This document shows, piece after piece, positions 56,711 through 64,000 of a stretch of DNA of 64,000 nucleotides. Both the position numbers and the translations under genes were made by a program. This DNA is from an uncultured Porphyromonadaceae bacterium (GTDB lineage: Bacteria > Bacteroidota > Bacteroidia > Bacteroidales > Muribaculaceae). A model generated the notes under the pieces. It was not told the origin of the DNA. It worked only from the letters and a program-made list of their open reading frames with translations, and did no database searches. The stretch spans positions 14,481 to 78,480 of the forward strand of contig CAMWVQ010000004.1 in the NCBI GenBank assembly GCA_947177635.1. Direction: 5' to 3'. Numbering within the stretch: position 1 is the first letter of the stretch; every line of letters starts with the position of its first letter.

Positions 56711-57039
56711 GGGGCCGAATAGTCGCGATGGCGCAGTATCTCCGTTTCGCGACATACCAGGTCGAGGTCGATGACAACCTCCTTTGAGCCGGCGACGCGT
56801 CCGCGGGATGCCTCATATTCTTTCAGGGAGGCGGTAAGTTTCTCGGCGTCGAGCCTGCAGCTGATTACGGCGATGGCATTGGCGTAACAGGGTTTTGTTG
56901 CGTCATAGGCGTCGGGGGTGGAGTAGACGGGAGTGGAGGCGATGAGTTCTGAGAGACCGGCAAGCCACTCAATCGCGGTCTGGATCTCGGTTGCTCCGGA
57001 TTGGATGTTGCTCCCCAGGGAGATGATGTAGCGTGGCAT
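56656..57039 (-). CDS. folK: Short, divergent FolK/HPPK-like protein
   Basis: IISLGSN, STPVYST, YANA.A, LK.YE..GR and IDLDL; canonical PRTxDLD and PH motifs are degenerate. Confidence 0.72.
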   Translation of the reverse strand: MPRYIISLGSNIQSGATEIQTAIEWLAGLSELIASTPVYSTPDAYDATKPCYANAIAVISCRLDAEKLTASLKEYEASRGRVAGSKEVVIDLDLVCRETEILRHRDYSAPYFVEGLYLLTSGGIFNR

Positions 57040-57048
57040 GACGGCAGG

Positions 57049-59196
57049 TTATTCGTTGGCTATTCCTTTTAGCGACAGGCTTATCCTCTTGCGGTCGATG
57101 TCGACCCCGATTACCCTCACCTTGATTTGCTGGCGAAGCTTGAGTACATCGGCGGGATTTTTGACGCGTCTGTCTCCCATCTGGGATATATGCACCAGTC
57201 CCGACACATGCACCCCTATGTCGACAAACGCGCCGAAATCGGTGATGTTGTTGACGATTCCGGGCAACACCATCCCTTCGGTCAGGTCTGAAATCTCGTG
57301 TACGGATTCGTCAAACGAGAATTCCGATGCTTTCTCGCGAGGGTCGCGCCCCGGCTTGCGCAGTTCGGCTATTATGTCCTCGAGTGTGGGGAGACCCATC
57401 TCGTCGGTCACATATTTGGAAAGGTCTATGTTGTCGAGCACGGAGCGGTCTCCTACAAGTTCGGCCAATGTAAGGCCGTTGTCAGCGGCGATTTTCTCGA
57501 CAATCGGGTAGCGTTCGGGGTGGACGGCTGTGTTGTCGAGGATGTTTTCGCTGCAACGCACACGCATGAAGCCTGCGCATTGCTCATATGCCTTGGGGCC
57601 GAGGCGCGGCACTTTCAGTAGGGCCGCGCGGGAGGTGAAGTCGCCATTTTCCGCGCGGTACTTGACGATGTTGGCCGCCAGGGTGTCGCCGATGCCAGAG
57701 ACATATGCCAGAAGCTGGCGTGAGGCGGTGTTGATGTCTATGCCGACCGAGTTGACACAGGTCTCCACGGTCATGTCGAGCTGGCGTTTGAGGCGTGACT
57801 GGTCAACATCGTGCTGATATTGCCCCACACCGATTGATTTGGGGTCAATCTTGACAAGTTCGGCGAGAGGGTCCATAAGGCGACGTCCGATGGAGACGGC
57901 TCCGCGTACGGTGACGTCGTAGTCGGGGAATTCCTCCCGTGCCACTTTCGAGGCGGAGTAGACCGAGGCCCCATCCTCGCTGACGACGAAAATCTCGACC
58001 TTGTGGGGCAACTCCACCGAACGCAGGAAACGTTCGGTCTCACGGCTCGCGGTGCCGTTGCCCACGGCGATGGCCTCGATGCCGAACTGGCTGACAAGTT
58101 TCTGCACCCGTTTGGTTGCGTCGATGATGTAATTGCGTGGCGGGGTGGGGTAGATTATGTCGTGGTGAAGCAGGTTGCCGTTTGAGTCGAGACACACAAG
58201 CTTGCAGCCGGTTCTGAATCCGGGATCCACTCCCATTACGGCTTTTGAGCCCAGGGGGGCGGCCAACAGCAGCTGGTGGAGGTTGGCGGCAAAGGTGGCG
58301 ATGGCCGCAGTGTCGGCCTTGGTCTTGGCTTCGGCCTCTATCTCGGTGGTGATTGACGGCTTTATCAGGCGGCGGTATGCGTCGGCTACAGCCCCGGCGA
58401 CAATCTCGGCGGATGCCTCCCGGGCGTCTTTGCGGATGAAATTCTGTTGCAGCCTCTCGATGGCCGCGTCGTCGTCGATGGTGATGTTTACCCTCAGGAA
58501 TCCTTCGGCCTCTCCTCGGCGCATGGCAAGGTAACGGTGGGATGAGCAACGGGCGAGCGGCTCGTCTACCTTGAAATATGAGCGGTATTTCTCAGCTTCC
58601 TCCTCCTTCCCTTTCACCACCTTGGAAGTTATGCGGGCCCACCGTTGGAAGCGGTTCCTGACATTCTGGCGCGACCGCTGGTCTTCGCTCACCCACTCGG
58701 CGATTATGTCAGACGCGCCGCTGATGGCCGCCTCAGCGTCGGCCACATTGTCGGTTATGAACCTGGCCGCGGCGTCGTGGGGATTGGCGCATTTCTGAGA
58801 CATCAGTATTTTGGCGAGCGGTTCGAGTCCGTTCTCCCTCGCTACCTGCGCTTTTGTGCGGCGTTTGGGCTTGAAGGGGAGGTACAGGTCTTCGAGCAGA
58901 GATGGATCGTAGGTCTCTTCGATTTTCAGTCGCAGTTCGTCGGTGAGGCTTCCGGCCGCCTCTATCGTCTGGAGGATGTAGAGTTTGCGGTCGGCGAGCT
59001 CGCGCAGAGAGTCGAACCTCTCTGATATGTTGAAGATGGCCACCTCGTCGAGTCCGCCGGTGGCTTCCTTCCTGTACCGCGAGATGAATGGGATTGTGGC
59101 CCCTTCGGCAAGGAGTCGGAGGGTGGCGTTTACTCGCTCTTCGGGGATGTCCATTTCCCGGGCGATAATCTGCTGTATCGTTACGTGGGAGGCCAT
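57049..59196 (-). CDS. tex: Tex family RNA-binding transcriptional accessory protein
   Basis: Start 59196. GATIPFISRYRKEATGGLDE, LEDLYLPFKPKRRTKA, G.DPGFRTGCK, E.GASVYSAS, KSIGVGQYQHDV and C-terminal S1 domain. Confidence 0.95.
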   Translation of the reverse strand: MASHVTIQQIIAREMDIPEERVNATLRLLAEGATIPFISRYRKEATGGLDEVAIFNISERFDSLRELADRKLYILQTIEAAGSLTDELRLKIEETYDPSLLEDLYLPFKPKRRTKAQVARENGLEPLAKILMSQKCANPHDAAARFITDNVADAEAAISGASDIIAEWVSEDQRSRQNVRNRFQRWARITSKVVKGKEEEAEKYRSYFKVDEPLARCSSHRYLAMRRGEAEGFLRVNITIDDDAAIERLQQNFIRKDAREASAEIVAGAVADAYRRLIKPSITTEIEAEAKTKADTAAIATFAANLHQLLLAAPLGSKAVMGVDPGFRTGCKLVCLDSNGNLLHHDIIYPTPPRNYIIDATKRVQKLVSQFGIEAIAVGNGTASRETERFLRSVELPHKVEIFVVSEDGASVYSASKVAREEFPDYDVTVRGAVSIGRRLMDPLAELVKIDPKSIGVGQYQHDVDQSRLKRQLDMTVETCVNSVGIDINTASRQLLAYVSGIGDTLAANIVKYRAENGDFTSRAALLKVPRLGPKAYEQCAGFMRVRCSENILDNTAVHPERYPIVEKIAADNGLTLAELVGDRSVLDNIDLSKYVTDEMGLPTLEDIIAELRKPGRDPREKASEFSFDESVHEISDLTEGMVLPGIVNNITDFGAFVDIGVHVSGLVHISQMGDRRVKNPADVLKLRQQIKVRVIGVDIDRKRISLSLKGIANE

Positions 59197-59255
59197 GGTA
59201 TGAGTTGTTGAGGTGAGGTGAAAGGCCAGGAGTGGCCGGGTGAAGTCAGGCGGGG

Positions 59256-60449
59256 TCAGCGTCGGCGCCGCAGGGTCAGCAATGTCACTTCGGGTGTGGC
59301 CCCGAGTCGCATCGGCAGGCCGACGGTGCCGGCTCCGATATTGACATACAGCTGGTGGCGTTCGTGGGGGTCGGCATACAGGCCTCCCCACGTCTTGTAA
59401 CGCAGGGCGGCTGGGGAGAGGCCGAACATCTCGATTTGCATGGCGTGGGTATGGCCCGACAATGTGAGCTGTATCCTGACGTCATCGTTGCCCGAGATGG
59501 AATCCACCCAGTGGGCCGGATTGTGGGAGAGTAATATCTTGGTTGTCGTGTCGTCGGGTGTGGGATATGCTTTCGTGAGGGAACCGTAGACAGGGAAGGG
59601 TGGGTCGCCGATATTCTCCACACCTATTATGGCGATAGAGTCATTGCCACGGCGTATCCACTCCGTCTCGTTGAGCAGCAGCCTGATGCCGGCGTTGTCG
59701 TAAGCGTCATGCAGCGTCTGCATGTTGTTGCGTTTCGCATCCTCCGACGGCCAGGTCATGTAATCCCCGTAGTCATGGTTGCCGAGTATGGCAATCACGC
59801 CGTCAGGGGCGTGTAGCCGTCTGATGACATTTATGAAAGGGCCTATCTCCTCCGACCTTCGGTTGACGATGTCGCCGGTGAAGACTATCAGGTCTGCGTC
59901 GAGTGAGTTTATGTTGTCGACAAGGCGGCTGACGTAGGTGGTGTCGTTGCCATATGTGCCTGTGTGGAGGTCTGAAAACTGGGCTATACGGTAGCCGTCA
60001 AAGCTTTCGGGTAGGTCTGTCATCTCGATTTCCACCTCTCGGTTGTCTATGGCGAAGCGGTTGATGGCCGCGCCCCACCATATCGCGCCGAACAATATCA
60101 CAGCCAGTATGATTCCTGCGACTGTCACCGGTTTTATGCGCCGGTGTCCGAACAGACGGGGAACTGAGGCCACGAGGTCGAATATGACACCTATGGCTTT
60201 TGGAATGTAGACCGAACCGTATGTGAATATGAGCCACATCTTGGCCAGCAGGACATTGTTGCTCCCTTCACGCGCAGGGATTATGATGCCGGCGATGAGC
60301 AGGAGGGAGAATAGGATGGCTGACCACATCTCGGCGCGACCCCAAATCACGGGGCGTTTGCACCGGTGGGTTACCTGGCGGTAGATATACCAGTCGATGG
60401 CCAGGTTTATGACCAGCAGGGTCAGCAGCAGGAAGATGGAGACCCTCAT
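59256..60449 (-). CDS. Membrane-anchored metallophosphoesterase
   Basis: N-terminal TM helices; SDLH, FTGD, LGNHDY, LLSHNP and LSGHTH. Confidence 0.9.
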   Translation of the reverse strand: MRVSIFLLLTLLVINLAIDWYIYRQVTHRCKRPVIWGRAEMWSAILFSLLLIAGIIIPAREGSNNVLLAKMWLIFTYGSVYIPKAIGVIFDLVASVPRLFGHRRIKPVTVAGIILAVILFGAIWWGAAINRFAIDNREVEIEMTDLPESFDGYRIAQFSDLHTGTYGNDTTYVSRLVDNINSLDADLIVFTGDIVNRRSEEIGPFINVIRRLHAPDGVIAILGNHDYGDYMTWPSEDAKRNNMQTLHDAYDNAGIRLLLNETEWIRRGNDSIAIIGVENIGDPPFPVYGSLTKAYPTPDDTTTKILLSHNPAHWVDSISGNDDVRIQLTLSGHTHAMQIEMFGLSPAALRYKTWGGLYADPHERHQLYVNIGAGTVGLPMRLGATPEVTLLTLRRRR

Positions 60450-61615
60450 CAGTGGCTCTGGGTTGATTTCAGTTGGTTGCGCAGGGGATTGGCATACATC
60501 TTGAGCATGGCAGTGAGCATGAATTCCCGTTCTTCGGCTGTCACGTCGTCAAGACGCACCTTGTCGAGCTGGCCGTTGAAGTATTCCTCGTATGACCTTG
60601 CCTGCTCCGGGGTGTATCTGTCGGCGTACTCTGTCGTGCCCTCCAGCTTGTCTAAAGCGTAGTAGTTGACGGGGTATATCTTGTAATTGGAGTGTATCTC
60701 CTTGTCGATGATGGCGCAGGCGTGGCGGATGATTTCCACTTTGTCTGTGGAGTCGAGCAGCGGCTCGATAGCCGGGTTTATTTCCTTGCAGATGGAGAAA
60801 TGCACGCGTCCTTTATGTTTCAGCAGCCCGGTCTCCATACTGCGCAGGTCATCTTTCTGTGATTTCTTGAAGTCGGGGTCGCGGCGCCTGGCGAGGAATT
60901 CGGTGGCTTTGAGGTAGTCGTTGGGGTCGAATTCATATGAGATTGCCACCGGGGTGAGGTGCAGCTCCATGAGCCGTGCGGCGATGTTCTCATTCTCTCC
61001 GTTGAGCGACAGCATCTTGAGCACAGACTCCTGGGTGACGTCGCTGGAGTCTTTCGCGCGGCCTTCGCGCTGGGCGATCCATACCGATTCCTTCTTCTCG
61101 CGTATGCAGTAATGTATGTAACCGCAGAGTTGGCGGGCCGCCTCAAGGGCCTTTGTCATACGCAGGTTGCGCTTGACGATGATTCCCTTGTTGAGCCTGA
61201 CGAGGTTCTCGATCCAGTCGTATATGAGGAGGTTGTCACCTAAGGCCACCTCCTGTGCGGGCAATCCGTGGCGAATCATCACCAGTCCGAGGAATGATGC
61301 GTCGAGGACGATGTCGCGGTGGTTCGACATGAATAGGCGTGGCTGGGTGAGGTCGATGTTGTCGAGTCCGGAGTCGGTCACTCCGTGGGTGGTGCCTTCC
61401 TCCAGCCTCCTGAGTATCGAGAGCATCACTTTCTTCTGGAAGTCCTCCTTGTTGTCGATTTTCCGGAGGGTTTCGGCGAGTTCGCGGAAGTCACTTCCGG
61501 GAAGCACATATTTGATTGCGTTCTCGAATCCGGGGTCGCTGATGAGCTTCTCCATCTTGTCGGAGAATTGTACGTCATCAAAGGGTGCTATGTCTTTGTA
61601 TTCTTCTGCTATCAT
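60449..61615 (-). CDS. Glycerol-3-phosphate/lysophospholipid acyltransferase (PlsB/PlsC-like)
   Basis: MSNHRDIVLD (HxxxxD), LGDNL, WIAQREGRAKD and P..ISYE.DP.D.LK. Confidence 0.85.
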   Translation of the reverse strand: MIAEEYKDIAPFDDVQFSDKMEKLISDPGFENAIKYVLPGSDFRELAETLRKIDNKEDFQKKVMLSILRRLEEGTTHGVTDSGLDNIDLTQPRLFMSNHRDIVLDASFLGLVMIRHGLPAQEVALGDNLLIYDWIENLVRLNKGIIVKRNLRMTKALEAARQLCGYIHYCIREKKESVWIAQREGRAKDSSDVTQESVLKMLSLNGENENIAARLMELHLTPVAISYEFDPNDYLKATEFLARRRDPDFKKSQKDDLRSMETGLLKHKGRVHFSICKEINPAIEPLLDSTDKVEIIRHACAIIDKEIHSNYKIYPVNYYALDKLEGTTEYADRYTPEQARSYEEYFNGQLDKVRLDDVTAEEREFMLTAMLKMYANPLRNQLKSTQSH

Positions 61616-61692
61616 GATGATAAGGTTGGAGCGGGCACGATGCTTCGAACCCTGACATACTCAAGAGAGAGGCCCGAAAGGGTAATTCGAGG

Positions 61693-61700
61693 CAAAGTTA
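61693..61700 (-). promoter_or_regulatory. -7 box for the acyltransferase-phosphoesterase-tex run
   Basis: TAACTTTG on the minus strand. Confidence 0.55.
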
Positions 61701-61781
61701 AATAAAATCATAGAGTAATTAAAGCTTTTTGGCACGAAACTGGCCGCTTTTAGCTAAATTTAAGGGAAAGGGAGTGATGTC

Positions 61782-61824
61782 AGCCGGGACGGGAAGGGCA
61801 CTTTTGGCTCTTTCCGTCCCGGCT
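61782..61824 (-). terminator. Hairpin after the 78-aa gene
   Basis: AGCCGGGACGGGAAG / CTTTCCGTCCCGGCT arms with 13-nt loop. Confidence 0.65.
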
Positions 61825-61840
61825 TGATGGATTCCAGCGT

Positions 61841-62077
61841 CTATTCCGACGCGTATGAAAGGACTGTCGGACTCTCCACATCCACCCCATATTCCCTGGC
61901 TCTGGCAAGGATTGCCTTGGCGAGCCTGGGCTTCAGATCTTCGGGGCAGTAGCGGAAGTAAGCCTCGGCGGCCCTTACGTGGGCCGCGTCGGGCATAGGA
62001 TACTCGCGTCGTTCGGGGAGCCCGAACTCGCTGTCGGGCAACTCCTTTTTCTCTTCGTATGTCAGTCGGTCATTCAT
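61841..62077 (-). CDS. Small hypothetical protein, DUF6582-like
   Basis: LPDSEFGLPERREYPMPDAAHVRAA..F...AILARA..YGVDV pattern, recognised from memory only. Confidence 0.6.
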   Translation of the reverse strand: MNDRLTYEEKKELPDSEFGLPERREYPMPDAAHVRAAEAYFRYCPEDLKPRLAKAILARAREYGVDVESPTVLSYASE

Positions 62078-62171
62078 GAGTCTTCGAATTTTAATCCGTT
62101 GTATGGCGGGGCTGGGCTCCGACTCATAAATAACAACAACCGAGGTTGAGAAAAAGTCGTTTACGCTGTGG

Positions 62172-63509
62172 TCAGAATGTCAGGAACAACGTTTCCAGCC
62201 ATATGCAGGCGATACCGGCAACATAGCCGAGGAGCGCCATCCAGGTTATACGCTTCATATACCACATGAACTCGATTTTCTCGATGCCCATGGCTACTAC
62301 GCCGGCGGCCGAGCCGATAATCAGCAATGAGCCTCCGACACCGGCGCAGAAGGTCAGCAGGTGCCAGAAGAGGCCGTCCTCTATGAAGAGGCCCATATAG
62401 GCGGGGTCTGCGGCGGTGGCAATCATGTCGGGGGTCGCTACGGGGTACATGTTCATGCAGGCGGCCACCAGCGGGACATTGTCGACGATGGATGAAAGCA
62501 CGCCGATGATTCCGTTGATGAGATACACTTCGTGGAATGTGTCGTTGAGCCAGGTTGCGAGGCTGGAGAGGATGCCTGCCTGCTGGAGGGCGCCGACAGC
62601 AAGGAGGATTCCGAGGAAGAAGAGGATGGTCGACATGTCGATGTTCTTGACCACCTGTGAGATGCGTCCCTCGATTTTGCCGTCAAGACGGTAGTGGTAG
62701 ACTATCAGTTCGGTGATAAGCCAGAGTATGCCCAGTGAGAGGAGTATGCCCATGTAGGGGGGAAGGTGGGTAATGGCCTTGAAGACAGGGACGAACAGCA
62801 GTCCGGCCACTCCGAGGATGAGGATGGAGACGGAAAGCTTGTGGTGGTGGCGCGACAGCTCGTATCCCACTCGCCGGTCTGACTCGTTGAGGGCCTCGAC
62901 CGGGCCGGCGCTGACGAAGCGGGTGGCGATGACGGTGGGTATGATGACCGAAACGAGGGAGGGGAGGAGGAGGTTGACAATCAGGTCGACGGATGACACA
63001 TAGTTTTTCATCCACAGCATGATGGTGGTGATGTCGCCGATGGGAGACCATGCTCCACCGGCGTTGGCGGCCAGGACTATGACGCTCGCGAACATCCATC
63101 TCTCTTTCTGGTCGGAGAACATGCGCCGCAGCATCATTACCATGATGATGGTGGTGGTCATGTTGTCGAGGATGCTTGACAGGAAGAAGGCCACGAAGGC
63201 GAAGACCCACATCAGGCCGCGTTTGCTCTTGGCCTTTATGTGCTTGACGATGATGTTGAAGCCTCCGTAGCGGTCAATCAGCTCCACGATTGTCATCGCC
63301 CCGATGAGGAAGACGATTATCTCGCAAGTGTCTCCAAGGGCCTCGACCATGTCTGACTGAAGGTTCGGGTCGTGGCCGAAGAGGGCGTAGACCCCCCAAA
63401 GGAGGCCGGCCATCATCAGGGCGAATGTCGCTTTGTTGATGTTGAACACATGTTCGAGGGCTATGCCGAGGTAGCCGAGCACGAACAAAACAATCATGAA
63501 AGTTATCAT
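62172..63509 (-). CDS. nhaD: NhaD-type sodium:proton antiporter
   Basis: NKAT.AL, FLIGAMTIVE.ID, SSILDNMTTTI, NAGGAWSPIGDITT, SSIVDNVPLV and GVGGS.LIIGSAAGV. Confidence 0.88.
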   Translation of the reverse strand: MITFMIVLFVLGYLGIALEHVFNINKATFALMMAGLLWGVYALFGHDPNLQSDMVEALGDTCEIIVFLIGAMTIVELIDRYGGFNIIVKHIKAKSKRGLMWVFAFVAFFLSSILDNMTTTIIMVMMLRRMFSDQKERWMFASVIVLAANAGGAWSPIGDITTIMLWMKNYVSSVDLIVNLLLPSLVSVIIPTVIATRFVSAGPVEALNESDRRVGYELSRHHHKLSVSILILGVAGLLFVPVFKAITHLPPYMGILLSLGILWLITELIVYHYRLDGKIEGRISQVVKNIDMSTILFFLGILLAVGALQQAGILSSLATWLNDTFHEVYLINGIIGVLSSIVDNVPLVAACMNMYPVATPDMIATAADPAYMGLFIEDGLFWHLLTFCAGVGGSLLIIGSAAGVVAMGIEKIEFMWYMKRITWMALLGYVAGIACIWLETLFLTF

Positions 63510-63614
63510 TTCCGTTCTATGATATTAGATTAAAGTAATCGGATTGGTTTGTTTGCCTTGAAAGGCGAAGGTCAGGCATGTTGTGATGCTCGGTGGAGTC
63601 GTGCTCCACGGTTT

Positions 63615-64000
63615 TCAGTCTATGCGGGTGATTGAGGCTCCCAGGAAGTTGAGTCGCTGGTCGATATCCTCGTAGCCACGGTCAATCTGCTCTATGTTAC
63701 CGATGATGCTTGTGCCTTTGGCCGACATCGCGGCCAGCAGCATGGCTATGCCGGCACGTATGTCGGGGGAACTCATCTTGTTGCCGCGGAGCGTGAACTT
63801 GTGGTCTTGGCCGATGACCACGGCGCGGTGGGGGTCGCAAAGGATGATCTGGGCTCCCATCTCGATGAGGTCGTCGACAAAGAAGAGGCGGCTCTCGAAC
63901 ATTTTCTGGTGGATGAGGACGGTGCCCCGGCACTGGGTGGCGACAACGAGCAAGACGCTGAGCAGGTCGGGGGTGAGACCGGGCCATGGGGCGTCGGCGA
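63615..64000 (-). CDS. murA: UDP-N-acetylglucosamine 1-carboxyvinyltransferase, C-terminal part (5' truncated)
   Basis: [33 protein letters not shown] and IDRGYE. Confidence 0.92.
   Translation of the reverse strand, partial: ADAPWPGLTPDLLSVLLVVATQCRGTVLIHQKMFESRLFFVDDLIEMGAQIILCDPHRAVVIGQDHKFTLRGNKMSSPDIRAGIAMLLAAMSAKGTSIIGNIEQIDRGYEDIDQRLNFLGASITRID

Noticed and set aside
1-64000. CRISPR arrays, IS elements, prophage, invertible-promoter repeats
   Set aside because: By-eye reading found no regularly spaced repeats, transposase, recombinase or phage structural genes, and no inverted repeats flanking a promoter; a computational scan would be needed to exclude short or degenerate cases.

Overview
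64 kb of chromosomal DNA from a Bacteroidales bacterium. A Muribaculaceae-like gut lineage is inferred from the T9SS SprA gene, GC-rich coding regions (spot counts about 60%) and many TTTG-N19-20-TAnnTTTG promoters. Most of the window is housekeeping: trkA/trkH, serC-serA, rarA, cdsA-purM-mltF, pgm, ruvA-sprA, tatD, polyprenyl synthetase-uvrD-nspC-GT2-radC-aroE, yeiH, comEC, folK-like, tex, a metallophosphoesterase, an acyltransferase, nhaD and part of murA. It also holds tRNA-Arg(CCG), a TPP-riboswitch-controlled thiamine operon and three probable T9SS cargo genes. I found no CRISPR array, integrase, transposase or prophage. The best leads are small: (1) an AT-rich cassette of two translationally coupled unknown genes with its own promoter (45.25-46.07 kb); (2) a membrane protein/winged-helix regulator operon with a duplicated palindromic operator and a terminator-like hairpin in its leader (42.87-43.90 kb); (3) a thiamine operon lacking thiC but carrying tenA-thiD; (4) a tandem pair of paralogous BACON-like lipoproteins; (5) a stand-alone 78-aa protein of a DUF6582-like family; (6) a degenerate FolK. 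All family calls come from motif recognition by eye, with no database search, and none of these leads is shown to be novel.
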